Shown piece after piece: positions 37,511 to 48,990 of a stretch of 56,011 nucleotides of DNA. The position numbers and the translations under genes are program-made. Position 1 is the first letter of the stretch, and each line of letters opens with the position of its first letter. The notes below the pieces were generated by a model, which was not told where the DNA came from, ran no database searches, and saw only the letters and a list, made by a program, of their open reading frames with translations. The DNA is from a virus (taxonomy: Duplodnaviria; Caudoviricetes): positions 1 to 56,011 of the IMG/VR virus record IMGVR_UViG_3300010413_000038, one strand, 5' to 3'.

Positions 37511-39849
37511 TGGCTGGTGTTTTTGATGCTCAGAATATTAATATAGTAACTAAACTTAGAGAAGAAATAATACTTATAAAAAAATCTCTAATAGATTTAC
37601 AATCAGCATATAATAACGCATCAAAAACACAAGATGACGTTAATAAAAAAACAGAAAATTTAACTAAAATAGAAAGAGATAGATTAAAATTATTAGATAA
37701 TTTAAAGAAAGCGAATTCAGATAATATACAAAAAAATGAGGAATTAAAAGTTCAATTACAAGAGCAGAATAAAATAAATAAACAATTAGCTAAAGAAAAA
37801 ATAGGATTAATAGGAGCTTATGAGAAAGAATCAAGGAAATTAACCGATTTAAGGAAAAAATATAAAGATTTAGCTGTATCTGGAAAAGAAAACACAAAAG
37901 AAGCTAGAAAACTCAAAGATGAAATAACTAAACTTGATGGTAAATTAAAGAAAGTTGATGCATCTACAGGTCAATTTCAACGCAATGTTGGGGATTATCC
38001 TGGATCATTAGGAAGAGCTGGATCTGCTGTTCAAAGATTAAACATGCAATTTAAAGCGTTATTAGCCAATCCTATTGTTCTTGTTATAGCTGCTATTGCT
38101 GGGGCATTTATAGCATTGGCAAAAGCATTAAAAAGAAGTGAAGAAGGACAAAATGCATTAAATAAAATAAGTTCTGTATTATCAGCAACATTAAATGTAT
38201 TCTTAGACATAGTTACTAATTTAGCAGAAAAATTAATAAAGGCTTTTGAAGATCCACAACAAGCAGTAAAAGATTTATGGGAATCTATAAAAAATAATCT
38301 AGTTAATAGGATTAAGGCTGTAGCTGATTTATTTATCGGATTAAAAGACGTAGGTGTGAATACTTTTAATTTGATAGGAGCAAGTATAAAAGGAATATTT
38401 AAAGATAATGATGAAGATATTAAAAAGTATAAGGATGGCATTATAAATGCTACTGCTGATATAGGAGGTGCAATGATTCAAGCTGCAACAGGATTAGAGC
38501 CTGAAAAAATAATACAAGGATTTATAGGGATTACTGAAGAAATAACAAGAGAAGCTAAAATTGCAGCTGATTTAGCTAATAAACAAGCAAAGCTAGATAA
38601 ATTAATTCGTAAAGCTTTAGTTTTTGAGGCAAAAGCAAGAGCAGAGATAAATAATTTAAGAGAAACAGCCGCTAAAAAAGATGAAGTATCAGCTTCGGAT
38701 AGATTAGCAGCTTTAGAAAAGGCTATAGCTTTAGAAACAGAAATAGAAGATTTAAATGTTAGAATAGCAAAAGAAAAATTATATATAAAAGCGACACAGA
38801 ATGCTTTAGGTGCATCAACTAAAGAGGATTTAGATGAAGAGGCTAGGTTAAGAGCTGAAATATATAACGCAGAAGCACAAGCAGCTAGAAAAAGAAAATT
38901 ATTAGAATCAGAGAGAGTGTCAGCGACAAAAGAAGTAAATAAAGAATTTATAAAACAATTTGATGGACTTACAGAAGAAAATAAGAAGTTCCAAGAAGAA
39001 TTATTTAATGAGCTAATAGAAGAAGAGAAAAATTTAACAGAAAAAATAGAAGAAGAAGAAGAGAAAAGATTAGAAGCACATAAAGAAAGAATAGAAAATC
39101 AAAAAGAATTAGACAAATTATATGAACAAGTAAGATTAGAAGCAGAACAATCCGCAATAAATATAATTACAGATCAATATAATGCTTCAATTGATAATAA
39201 ATTAGCTAAGTTCATGGCATCTAATGAAGCTGAAAAAGAAATACAAAAAGATAGATTAGATAAGGGAATTATATCAGAAGCTCAATATAAGAAAAAAATT
39301 GAAGCTTTAGATCTTAAAGCAAGGCAAGAAAGTGCGAAAGCCGAAAAGAAGAAAGCTTTATTTGATATAGGTATTAATACACTCGTTGGGGTGTTAAAAA
39401 CAACTGCTAATTTAGGATTACCAGCTGCAATCCCTTTTATAGCGGCTACTATTGCATTAGGTGCAATACAAGCTTCGACTGTAGCAGCAAAGCCTATTCC
39501 TAAATTTAGACACGGTTCAAAAGGGGAATTAAAAGGCGACACAATGGCAATAGTTGGAGATGGAGGAAAGGCTGAAACTATAATTGATCCTTATGGTAAT
39601 TATATGTTGACTCCAAATATCCCTACCGGTGTATTTTTGCAGAAAGGGTCTCGTGTGTTATCAGGTGAAGAAACTGAAAAATTAGTAGAAAAAAATAATG
39701 AGTTTGCAGAATTAATAAAAGAAACTAAATTAACACGTAAAGCAATAACATCACAAAAAAATATAAGGAGTGAATTTACTCCTAATGCTGTATATTATAG
39801 TATAGAACAGAAAAATAGAATCGAACGAATAAGAAGGAGGTATATATAA
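37510..39849 (+). CDS. Tape measure protein
   Basis: Long helical/coiled coil; GQFQRNVGDY, ANPI..VIAAI, PKF..G..A.VGDGG..E. Confidence 0.88.
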   Translation: MAGVFDAQNINIVTKLREEIILIKKSLIDLQSAYNNASKTQDDVNKKTENLTKIERDRLKLLDNLKKANSDNIQKNEELKVQLQEQNKINKQLAKEKIGLIGAYEKESRKLTDLRKKYKDLAVSGKENTKEARKLKDEITKLDGKLKKVDASTGQFQRNVGDYPGSLGRAGSAVQRLNMQFKALLANPIVLVIAAIAGAFIALAKALKRSEEGQNALNKISSVLSATLNVFLDIVTNLAEKLIKAFEDPQQAVKDLWESIKNNLVNRIKAVADLFIGLKDVGVNTFNLIGASIKGIFKDNDEDIKKYKDGIINATADIGGAMIQAATGLEPEKIIQGFIGITEEITREAKIAADLANKQAKLDKLIRKALVFEAKARAEINNLRETAAKKDEVSASDRLAALEKAIALETEIEDLNVRIAKEKLYIKATQNALGASTKEDLDEEARLRAEIYNAEAQAARKRKLLESERVSATKEVNKEFIKQFDGLTEENKKFQEELFNELIEEEKNLTEKIEEEEEKRLEAHKERIENQKELDKLYEQVRLEAEQSAINIITDQYNASIDNKLAKFMASNEAEKEIQKDRLDKGIISEAQYKKKIEALDLKARQESAKAEKKKALFDIGINTLVGVLKTTANLGLPAAIPFIAATIALGAIQASTVAAKPIPKFRHGSKGELKGDTMAIVGDGGKAETIIDPYGNYMLTPNIPTGVFLQKGSRVLSGEETEKLVEKNNEFAELIKETKLTRKAITSQKNIRSEFTPNAVYYSIEQKNRIERIRRRYI

Positions 39850-41987
39850 TGTCTTTTTATACTGACAATTTCGGAAGTTATAAAGCATACAGAACTTGGA
39901 ATGGACTAGGTTCAAGAAGTTATATCATTATATTAATTAATAACAAAACATCAGCTGAAGAAATAGTAAAACACAACCCATCTGGTATTGAAAAATTTGG
40001 GTTACAGTTAAAAAGGCATGAAATATATCACGGTATTTTTGAAAATACGTCTTTAGATTTAAGTTTTTCGTTAAAAGAAGATAGTGGAGGACAGTTTATT
40101 AAAGACGCTTATGATTCAGACGGAATAAAGGCAGATGTAGACGCAAAAATATATAGATATGTTAAATCTACGAATGATTTCTCATTACTATATGACTATA
40201 AGATAAATTTTAAAAAGGATTCGTATAATTATGAAAGTGGATCAAATGGTAATATTATAACTGTTAAATTAAATCAAAAAGGATCTATATCAAAATTTGG
40301 TGCGAGAGATGAAATTGAACTTGATATTACAAAAAATGTAAGTGTTGGAGGAACAACTATATCTAATGTAATTAAAAAATCAATATTATTTCCTGGAATA
40401 GATATATTTCTTATGGCTGAAGCTAACGGTTTGTTTTGGAATTTTGATATAACAACACAAGAAGGATTTTTCCCTTATAATGTAGATGTTGCTGTATCGC
40501 CTGTATACGGTGAGCTATTAAGCGATCAAATAGATGGAAGGGCTAATTTTGAGACAATAATAGATAGTAAAATATATATAAATGATACAGATATAGGAAG
40601 ATATATAAGATTATTTTTAGAAATGCCTTATACATGGACAATATATACCCCTAATTTAATAGGTCAGGCTGCAATAAACATTTATTGGAAAACATATAAT
40701 TCATCAGACATAGAAGTATCGTCACACATAATAGCTACTTTTGAAAAAACAGTTTTAAATTCAATTGTACAATCAGGTACTGGAACGTTTAATTATGATA
40801 GTACTAATTATCAATCTATAATAGATTCAGGTGGATATATTAAATTAGTTGCAGTTTTGATAGGTTCATCGTTTTTAGCTGGTGGAAATTTTAGATTCAT
40901 TTTCAATACAAATAATGGCAATGGAACATATATAAAAATAAGCGAAAAATCATTATCTATAGGAGATTCAACAAATGCATGTTATAGTAGTGATGCATTA
41001 GGTACAAAATTAATGAGACTTATTTGCGATAAAACAGATGCATTTATAGTATCATATATGCAAGGTATGGATTTAAAAAATATATATTTTACATCGGGAT
41101 GGCTTTTGCGAAAATATAATAAAAATCTTATAATATCATTTTTAGATTATTTTAAATCATTAAGTTATAGCGAGGCGATAGGATTGCATTATTATGCAAA
41201 TGATGATAAATTCGTTATTAGAGAACTAGAATATTTTTATCGTGACGAACAAATAATTGATTATGGAGTAGTAAAGAATTTTAGGAGTTACCCTTCGGAT
41301 GATTATATTTCATCTATAAAAGCAGGATGTAATCAAACGGGCAAATATGAAGATGTGCAAGGAGCTTTAGAATTTAATTTAAAATATAATTATAGTATTG
41401 ATTTTGATGAAAACAAATCAAAAGATATGCTTATACCTATTCATACTGATAGTTTAGCAATAGAATTAACACGAAGGAAGCAATATAAATATCATTCAGC
41501 AGAAGACACGGAATATGATAACGATATTTTTATGGTTTATACTGATGGAAATGAGGTTATAGTATCAAGTAATTTAAGTGGATTTGATGGTGTTGAGGCT
41601 TATTATAATGAGAGATTTTTACCTTATAATACTTTATTAAGAAATAAAGGTATTCTAGGAGGTATATTTTGGAAAGATACGGCAAATAAATTAAGATATA
41701 TATCAAATACTAAAGATGTTGAAGTAACAGATTCATCAGGGATAAGTAATAAGGATGATATTTTGCAATCAGATTTAGAGCCAGGATATTTTTATCCTGA
41801 AGTACAAGAATTTGAGCCATTAATCACAATTGATGAATTAAAAGATTTAAGGACTGATCCGTATGGTTACTATAAATGCACTGATGAAGATGGAAATATA
41901 CATTATGGTTATCATGATATTATAGACGTACAAGATTCTGAAAAAAGTATGAAAGTAGTTGGAAGAACAGCAAATAGGAATAGATAA
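39849..41987 (+). CDS. Tail tip/baseplate protein
   Basis: 712 aa directly after tape measure gene. Confidence 0.6.
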   Translation: MSFYTDNFGSYKAYRTWNGLGSRSYIIILINNKTSAEEIVKHNPSGIEKFGLQLKRHEIYHGIFENTSLDLSFSLKEDSGGQFIKDAYDSDGIKADVDAKIYRYVKSTNDFSLLYDYKINFKKDSYNYESGSNGNIITVKLNQKGSISKFGARDEIELDITKNVSVGGTTISNVIKKSILFPGIDIFLMAEANGLFWNFDITTQEGFFPYNVDVAVSPVYGELLSDQIDGRANFETIIDSKIYINDTDIGRYIRLFLEMPYTWTIYTPNLIGQAAINIYWKTYNSSDIEVSSHIIATFEKTVLNSIVQSGTGTFNYDSTNYQSIIDSGGYIKLVAVLIGSSFLAGGNFRFIFNTNNGNGTYIKISEKSLSIGDSTNACYSSDALGTKLMRLICDKTDAFIVSYMQGMDLKNIYFTSGWLLRKYNKNLIISFLDYFKSLSYSEAIGLHYYANDDKFVIRELEYFYRDEQIIDYGVVKNFRSYPSDDYISSIKAGCNQTGKYEDVQGALEFNLKYNYSIDFDENKSKDMLIPIHTDSLAIELTRRKQYKYHSAEDTEYDNDIFMVYTDGNEVIVSSNLSGFDGVEAYYNERFLPYNTLLRNKGILGGIFWKDTANKLRYISNTKDVEVTDSSGISNKDDILQSDLEPGYFYPEVQEFEPLITIDELKDLRTDPYGYYKCTDEDGNIHYGYHDIIDVQDSEKSMKVVGRTANRNR

Positions 41988-42835
41988 TGAGTAATTGGAA
42001 GTTTGAAATACCACGTATAAATCCTTTAAGATTTAGAATGCAATCTTATAATTTGATTGATTATGATTCAATTATGCCTAGATTTGATTTAATGAAAATT
42101 AATGAAGATTATCAGAAAGGAGAATATCATATTGAAGCTTATCCAGACTTCATGATAAACAAGACGATCAGTAATCAATTTAGTGCACAATTATATGATC
42201 TTGTTTCTACGTTCAGGGCTAGATTGTATAAAGTTGGAACATCTGGTTATATTCAACAGATTACACCTACTAATATAACACCAGTATTTTATTCAGGATA
42301 TAATGTCTTTAAAATAAATTTTACTCCTACATCAAGCGGATTTTATTATATAACATTCACTATTAGTCAAATAAGTCCGACAGATCCATTATCAAAAGTT
42401 GAACCTACATTTATTTCAGACACATTCTATGTTTCTGATAGTTTAAGCACACAAAAAAATTTAATAGAATTAAAATATAAAAACTCAGAAAATGATTTCG
42501 GTATGGTTTTCGATGATTATTACACAGCATTTTATGAATGTATGTATAGCGAAGGTGATGGAGAAATAGAAGAGTCAACATTTCAAGTAGACTCAGGGAC
42601 ATCAAAACAGCGTAGTTATTATTACCCTCAAATTGATGTAGTGTTTTGTAATATTAAAAAAAGATACAAACAAACTTTAATAAATCAATTACGATGTGAT
42701 TCTATATTATTTAATGGAATGGAGTGTATTTGTAAAGATTCAATCACTTCAGAAAATATTGATAAGACGGATTTAGTTAACATAACTACTAAGTTGACAT
42801 TGAAATCTGATAATAATTTACTAGATTTGTACTAA
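41987..42835 (+). CDS. Tail protein (distal-tail-like)
   Basis: Position; INPLRF motif. Confidence 0.5.
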   Translation: MSNWKFEIPRINPLRFRMQSYNLIDYDSIMPRFDLMKINEDYQKGEYHIEAYPDFMINKTISNQFSAQLYDLVSTFRARLYKVGTSGYIQQITPTNITPVFYSGYNVFKINFTPTSSGFYYITFTISQISPTDPLSKVEPTFISDTFYVSDSLSTQKNLIELKYKNSENDFGMVFDDYYTAFYECMYSEGDGEIEESTFQVDSGTSKQRSYYYPQIDVVFCNIKKRYKQTLINQLRCDSILFNGMECICKDSITSENIDKTDLVNITTKLTLKSDNNLLDLY

Positions 42836-42847
42836 ATAAATTAAACG

Positions 42848-45286
42848 ATGAAAAGAATATTATGTTTAATAGCATTATTAATAATCATAGCAACATCTTA
42901 TAGTCAAGTTGGTAATTTTAGGGATTTAAGAGTACGAGAATCTATACGTCTAGGAGATAGTACTGTGACTATAATAGGATCTGATACACTTACTAATCCT
43001 GCAATGGTTCGTCAATTAATAAGTGAAGGTTCAGGGTATACAGCAAGTAATGGTATTACTAAAGTAGGAAGTGATTTTCAAACGGGGGGAACATTAACAA
43101 AAAATACATGGTATAATGGTAATTCATATGATTTTAATATAGGTCAACCAGCAAGCCAAGTAAATAATTTTGATGTTTGGAGTTCTGGAAATGCTACAAT
43201 TACATCAGATATCTTTAAAATTTCAATGCCATCTTACGAATGGACATTTGATGGGTTAAATATTACTGGTTCTGATGCTGATTATTTAGTAAAAAATAGC
43301 AGATTATTAAGTTATGTATCATCGCAAGAGAAGTCATCACCTTTTATATTTTTATATGAAAATCAAGGTGTAACAGCTAATCAAAGACCTGGCGTAGGAT
43401 TTTATTCAACAAATAGCGCAACCGCTTCACTTATAACGCAAATATATATAGATGATTATGATCAAAACTCAGTCGATAAACATAATTTTATCCAATTAGC
43501 CGATACAGGAAGCTATTTTTATATTCAACAAAAAGGTATAACTACAGCTTATTACATGTATCAGATAGAAAGTTTTGCAGATAGCTCTGGATGGACTGTG
43601 TATAACGTATATTATAAGTTCAGCACAGGAACTATAACAGTTACAGATAATATAGAACTCGTTTTAGAAATAAATAATAACGTAGGAGGTTATAGCGGAA
43701 CAGTAGATACTTTTTATGTGGCTGGTCAAAACGAATGGATATTTAGCGGTGATACTATTAGAAAAATAGATACAAGTAATTATAGTTTTTTATCTAATTT
43801 ATCGGATAGTTCTACTATTTCAGATAGTTCAAGGGTTGCAGCTTATGCCTATAATTCAGATAGTAATTTTGTCACTATTATAGCAGACACAGGATATATA
43901 AATAATATATATTCAGATAATGGATTTAAGGTAGATGGTGATTCTATAAACTTAAGTGATTTGACGGTTAGATTTGGATCTCAGATAGCTAATAAAGAAT
44001 ACACATCAGGTAATAATTTTTCATATGTAGCATTACCTGATGCATACGCGGCTTTAGCACATGGAGCGTCTAATTTAAGAAGTCAATTCTTAGCTGACGC
44101 AGGTTATGCTATAATGGAGGCTGTTAACACTGCTGGAGATGCTTATAGATATAAAATCTATGAAAATACGGCTTACTTAATACTAAACGGTAATGACACT
44201 ATTTATAAATTTAACACTGACTCATTGAAGGCTCCTGATGTTATTGCTGAGTTTAAAGAAGTGAATGTAGAAAAGTTAATATCTGATACGAATATTATAA
44301 ATGGAGACACAATAACTGGTGGAATATCTTTAAAAGATGCTGTTGAATCGGAGCAATTCGCTCAGATAAATTTTAAAGACACAACATTTACAGCGCAATC
44401 GGATGGGAGGTTATTTTACAATGAAAATACAAAAAATTTAATATTTGAGAATGATATATCAGATTTTGAACATAATATAGGTTATGAACTTGTAAAGAGG
44501 GTATATAATAATTCAGGATCAACAATTACGAATGGGAGCATAGTTAGGCGTACAGGTACATATGTTAACGGTTCAAGAGTTCCTACAGTAGGACTTGCAG
44601 GTAATGGATCGGCTGATAGTTCAAGAGTGTGTGGAATGGCAACTGTAGACATACCTAATAATAGCTATGGAATAATAACAATAATTGGAGACGTAAATTT
44701 TTATAACTCATCTCATTTAGCAGAAAATCAATTTTACTTAGGACATGCAGGATCTACTATAGATACATCTCCACCACCACCTTATTATTCTGTAGATTTA
44801 GGTTGTGTTATTTATTCAGATAATGATTCAGGTATTGTTGCCTTTAATTTTAGAAACCCAACATTTGATCCAACTCCTATTATAAGCTCAGATACTTCAG
44901 GATGGCTTAAATTAGTGAGTGTTACACAAAATATTTATACTAAATTTCAAATATCAGATTTTGATTTAGAAAATGATTACGGATTTACAAGATTAGGAGA
45001 CTCAATACGGTGTGATGTAGGTGGTTTTGTTACGATAGTAATGAATACCAGTTATACTGGTGCAGTAACTTCAGCTACTTGGAGGAAGGGTATATTTTTA
45101 AATGGAGTTAATAAACATTCAGTTAGTCGTTCAACTACATCTCAGGCTGTTGGAAATAGTACGGTTATAAAAACATTACGAGTTGAAGTAAATGATTATA
45201 TATCATTTAGGATAACGAATACAACAGGAAATGAAGACCCTACAATTAATGACTTTAGTTATCAAATACTATACTTACACGAATGA
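42848..45286 (+). CDS. Tail fibre/receptor-binding-like protein with Sec signal peptide
   Basis: MKRILCLIALLIIIATSYS|Q; TASNGITK..LGGTL-like fibre motif; C1q/TNF-like C-terminus. Confidence 0.6.
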   Translation: MKRILCLIALLIIIATSYSQVGNFRDLRVRESIRLGDSTVTIIGSDTLTNPAMVRQLISEGSGYTASNGITKVGSDFQTGGTLTKNTWYNGNSYDFNIGQPASQVNNFDVWSSGNATITSDIFKISMPSYEWTFDGLNITGSDADYLVKNSRLLSYVSSQEKSSPFIFLYENQGVTANQRPGVGFYSTNSATASLITQIYIDDYDQNSVDKHNFIQLADTGSYFYIQQKGITTAYYMYQIESFADSSGWTVYNVYYKFSTGTITVTDNIELVLEINNNVGGYSGTVDTFYVAGQNEWIFSGDTIRKIDTSNYSFLSNLSDSSTISDSSRVAAYAYNSDSNFVTIIADTGYINNIYSDNGFKVDGDSINLSDLTVRFGSQIANKEYTSGNNFSYVALPDAYAALAHGASNLRSQFLADAGYAIMEAVNTAGDAYRYKIYENTAYLILNGNDTIYKFNTDSLKAPDVIAEFKEVNVEKLISDTNIINGDTITGGISLKDAVESEQFAQINFKDTTFTAQSDGRLFYNENTKNLIFENDISDFEHNIGYELVKRVYNNSGSTITNGSIVRRTGTYVNGSRVPTVGLAGNGSADSSRVCGMATVDIPNNSYGIITIIGDVNFYNSSHLAENQFYLGHAGSTIDTSPPPPYYSVDLGCVIYSDNDSGIVAFNFRNPTFDPTPIISSDTSGWLKLVSVTQNIYTKFQISDFDLENDYGFTRLGDSIRCDVGGFVTIVMNTSYTGAVTSATWRKGIFLNGVNKHSVSRSTTSQAVGNSTVIKTLRVEVNDYISFRITNTTGNEDPTINDFSYQILYLHE

Positions 45287-45798
45287 TATACTTAATAATA
45301 ACATTAGTAATACATACTTTTTATACAATATTCAGTAAATTGTATTTAGGATATATTGATAAATCTTATTCAGACACATTTTATAAGCTTCGTGGATGGC
45401 ATAAGGTATTTTTTTGGTTGTGGATATTAGGCATTTCAGTGCCTTCTATTTATTATTTGAGAGATATATCTTTTATATCGGCATTTGGAGCATTGTTTGT
45501 ATTAGGTGTTTTCTTTTCCTCGTATACAGTCCAAAAACCTCAGCGAACCACATTTCATGTAATAAGTGCAACAGGAGGAATTTTGTTAATACTTGCCGGA
45601 TTTATAATTCAACTTGCTAACTGGATAGAATTTAACATCTTCAATTATAGTGTGTTTTTATTAATATTACTTTCAATAATTATCATGCCTATCGGAAAAA
45701 TAAAAAAAGGTGTAAAAAACCATACATATTGGATAGAATCAGTATTTATTTATATACCAGTTTTAACACTTTTAATCAATGAAATATTTTATACTTAA
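45283..45798 (+). CDS. Multi-pass membrane protein
   Basis: Five to six hydrophobic helices. Confidence 0.7.
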   Translation: MIYLIITLVIHTFYTIFSKLYLGYIDKSYSDTFYKLRGWHKVFFWLWILGISVPSIYYLRDISFISAFGALFVLGVFFSSYTVQKPQRTTFHVISATGGILLILAGFIIQLANWIEFNIFNYSVFLLILLSIIIMPIGKIKKGVKNHTYWIESVFIYIPVLTLLINEIFYT

Positions 45799-46222
45799 CA
45801 TAATATTACTATTTACGTTTATTTCTTGCAGAAGCCAGGAAACTGACACTCTTATCTATTATACTGTAGATGAAGTTAACGAAATTGTTGTATTATATCA
45901 GAAACAGATATCTGATTTAACAACATATAATCAACAATTAATAGACAGCATAAGTAGTCACAAGTTCCAGGTTGCAGATTATTTAACAGTTGAAAAAGAC
46001 TCATGCAGTTTTTTCGTGTATGGAGAAAATACAATAATAGAAGTTAATAAACGAAATGATAATGTTGTTATTGATGTACAAGATCATTATAAGAGGATGC
46101 AATTTTCATATTATAATGGCGAAATGCAGACTTATTATATGAATTATACGTACACCGTAGGAAGTATGTTTATGAATTCTGAATTAAATAAAGGAAACGC
46201 ATTAATTGATTTAAATCACTAA
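45779..46222 (+). CDS. Putative lipoprotein
   Basis: MKYFILNIILLFTFISC lipobox; short coiled coil. Confidence 0.6.
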   Translation: MKYFILNIILLFTFISCRSQETDTLIYYTVDEVNEIVVLYQKQISDLTTYNQQLIDSISSHKFQVADYLTVEKDSCSFFVYGENTIIEVNKRNDNVVIDVQDHYKRMQFSYYNGEMQTYYMNYTYTVGSMFMNSELNKGNALIDLNH

Positions 46223-46224
46223 TT

Positions 46225-48222
46225 ATGAAAAGAATACTATTTAATATAATATTATTAAGTTTTACAGTTGCTTTATTTGGACAAAAAAAAGTACTCCCAT
46301 TTAATGGGAAAATAATTGTATTTCAAAACAAATATGTTACTACACAAAAATATAACGATCATGCTTTATCTTTTTTTTCTAGGATGGACATTCAACCTTC
46401 AGGAATTCAAAAAGATCGTATAAATACAATATATGATACTTTGGATTATTATAATATTATTGACAGCTTAAATCATTTAGCTATTTACGCACTTCATGAT
46501 CAGCAATCAAGTTTATTAGACTGGGTTAGGGATACAAGTTTAATATCTAATAGCAATGTTTTTTATCATCAGTATAAAGGAATAAGCTCTGATGGTACAG
46601 GATATATAGATACAAGATATAACCCAAACAATAGTTTGGTCGGAGGTTTAAATAATGAATTTATTGCATCATATTGCTTTGATAACATAATAGAATCACG
46701 AGCAATGATGGGTAGCTATATAGGAGGGAATTTTCATTATTTACTCGCAAGAGATAATGGAAGTATAGGTGGGGCTATAAATAGCACGTCAAGAAGTTTA
46801 AATGCTATAAGTAATGGAAGTGGTTTTTCTGGAATTCAAAGGCATCGTTCTGACTCTGTTTATATTTATAAAAATGGTTCCATTTATAGCAAAAGAAAAA
46901 TAAATTCAGCGTCTATTCCGAATGGTAATTTATATACATTAAGATACAATTTAAATAATACAAGTCAAGGGGCTGCCGTAAATAGCATAATAGGTGCTAC
47001 GGTTGCAGGAAGCAATTTAACTAATTTACAGCATCAAAAATTATATGAAATATTAGATTGGTATTTCACTCAAACAGGAGCAAAGGGAAGTGAGTTTACA
47101 TTTGATACGGCAAATATTACATATAAACGTGTAATGAAATTACCATATCAGCCTAATATGACATTATTGCAAAACAGAGATAATTTTAAGGTTGCTTATA
47201 CTGATGATAGTTTATATTTTTCTGTAGATACCGGTAGAACTTATCCGCATAGAATTTTATACGCTAATGCTGATAGTATAAATACATGTTATGTTTTTAA
47301 TAATGGAATAATTAAATTATTTAAAGATGGGAATACAGTTTGGGAAAGTGCTGATTCTTTGCAAACAATAGTAAAAGATACAATTTGGAATACAAATGGA
47401 ACTCCTTATGTATTTCATACGCCAGTTAATTCGCTTTACCCAGGTACATACTTTAATATATTTAATTATCAACAGTCAAAAATCATTAATGGTCATGATA
47501 TATTTATGTTTGGAAACTACGGGAACACGGATGAAGGGGCTAATCCTGTAAATCTTTATTCATGTGTAGATGGTGATAGTATATTTGTTGTTAGAACATG
47601 GGGATTGGGAAATTATAGGGATAATGGAACTGCAATACCCTCACAAGTAGCTGGTAATTTTTTAGGAGATCCTGCTGATACACTTAAAGCAAGGCATGTT
47701 CACGGCGTATCATGGATAAATGATACTGCAATTATATATACAGGAGATGCATCAGCTGATGAGGTAAGATGGTTAAAAGCTACAATAAATCCAGATTATA
47801 AAACATATACATTTACGTATCTAGCATCTGGTGCAGATTATTGTTATTTTAAATCAACGGGGTTATATTATTACAATGATACAATCTATTTAGGGTCAGA
47901 TTGCACTGATGACAGCGATCATAAAGGTGTATATAAGTTTTCATATGAAGATATTAATAACGAAATAAATCACGAACGTATATTTAGCAATACAATTCAT
48001 AACGGTTATGGATTGAATGGAAATGGTAATAATATATACTATTACACATATCCAGACAGAGAAATAATTGTATCTAATGATATTGGTTATACGTGGAAAA
48101 AAATAGAATTAAAGGCGTTGCCTGTATCTACTAATCTTTACAAAATGAACATGCTTGATTTTGATGGATATTTTGGATATTATGTTGGAGCCTCTACATT
48201 TAGATCAGTTTTAATTAAATAA
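46225..48222 (+). CDS. Exported protein: lectin/concanavalin-like N-half plus Asp-box (BNR) beta-propeller
   Basis: MKRILFNIILLSFTVALFG|Q; SVDTGRTY and SNDIGYTW Asp-boxes; RHVH motif. Confidence 0.6.
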   Translation: MKRILFNIILLSFTVALFGQKKVLPFNGKIIVFQNKYVTTQKYNDHALSFFSRMDIQPSGIQKDRINTIYDTLDYYNIIDSLNHLAIYALHDQQSSLLDWVRDTSLISNSNVFYHQYKGISSDGTGYIDTRYNPNNSLVGGLNNEFIASYCFDNIIESRAMMGSYIGGNFHYLLARDNGSIGGAINSTSRSLNAISNGSGFSGIQRHRSDSVYIYKNGSIYSKRKINSASIPNGNLYTLRYNLNNTSQGAAVNSIIGATVAGSNLTNLQHQKLYEILDWYFTQTGAKGSEFTFDTANITYKRVMKLPYQPNMTLLQNRDNFKVAYTDDSLYFSVDTGRTYPHRILYANADSINTCYVFNNGIIKLFKDGNTVWESADSLQTIVKDTIWNTNGTPYVFHTPVNSLYPGTYFNIFNYQQSKIINGHDIFMFGNYGNTDEGANPVNLYSCVDGDSIFVVRTWGLGNYRDNGTAIPSQVAGNFLGDPADTLKARHVHGVSWINDTAIIYTGDASADEVRWLKATINPDYKTYTFTYLASGADYCYFKSTGLYYYNDTIYLGSDCTDDSDHKGVYKFSYEDINNEINHERIFSNTIHNGYGLNGNGNNIYYYTYPDREIIVSNDIGYTWKKIELKALPVSTNLYKMNMLDFDGYFGYYVGASTFRSVLIK

Positions 48223-48319
48223 TACTTAATGCAATGAAAAAATTTAAATTAAACAAACTGCTAAGAGTTCCACAAGATGATGACGAAGATGAGCCAGAAC
48301 CACCGACTAAAGTGAAGAA

Positions 48320-48703
48320 ATGATGATAAAATTAGCTGAAATAGGAAAGGTAATCGGGGGACTACTATTAGTTTTTTCAGCAATAGTGACTTTTAAATTT
48401 GACATGCCTAAGATTATAGAAAATATAATATATTTTAGAGGCATTATATTAGGAAGTATATTTCTATTTTTAGGGAGTGCCATAACAACTGAATCTATAA
48501 TTATTAAAAATATATTATATTCATTAGCTAGCGGTGATTTTGTGTTACTTGTTGCTAGTACTTATAATTTAATTTTTGATAATTTTGTAGATTTAGATAT
48601 CTATTTTGATTTAACTGTAGTTACAACATTCACAATAATATTAATTATAACAATTATACGGTTATGGTCGAGGCGAGCATCGATATTTCGAAAGCGATTG
48701 TAA
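48320..48703 (+). CDS. Four-TM membrane protein
   Basis: Hydrophobic helices; lysis region. Confidence 0.65.
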   Translation: MMIKLAEIGKVIGGLLLVFSAIVTFKFDMPKIIENIIYFRGIILGSIFLFLGSAITTESIIIKNILYSLASGDFVLLVASTYNLIFDNFVDLDIYFDLTVVTTFTIILIITIIRLWSRRASIFRKRL

Positions 48704-48990
48704 TATTAAGTTATTTAATCGCAATTATAGGAGGGTTTTTTACGATAAGGGCTCAAATAAGGGCAGAAAGACGAATTCAAGATCAGAAATACGCAAGAAA
48801 AGAAAGTGTAAACAAAGATATTTCAAATATGGAAGCAAAAATAAATACGCTTGACGAAATAGTTAAAACTAATCGTAAGGAAAATATGGAGGCACATCGT
48901 GATATCAAGAATGATTTAAAGGATCATATAGATCAACGATTTGATGATTTAAAAGATTATCTAAAGGCCTTAAATAAAAAGTCTGCATAA
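48664..48990 (+). CDS. Single-TM coiled-coil protein (holin/XhlA-like)
   Basis: N-terminal TM plus coiled coil, directly before endolysin. Confidence 0.5.
   Translation: MVEASIDISKAIVILSYLIAIIGGFFTIRAQIRAERRIQDQKYARKESVNKDISNMEAKINTLDEIVKTNRKENMEAHRDIKNDLKDHIDQRFDDLKDYLKALNKKSA

Noticed and set aside
42848-48222. Diversity-generating retroelement targeting fibre genes
   Set aside because: No reverse transcriptase and no template/variable repeat pair seen
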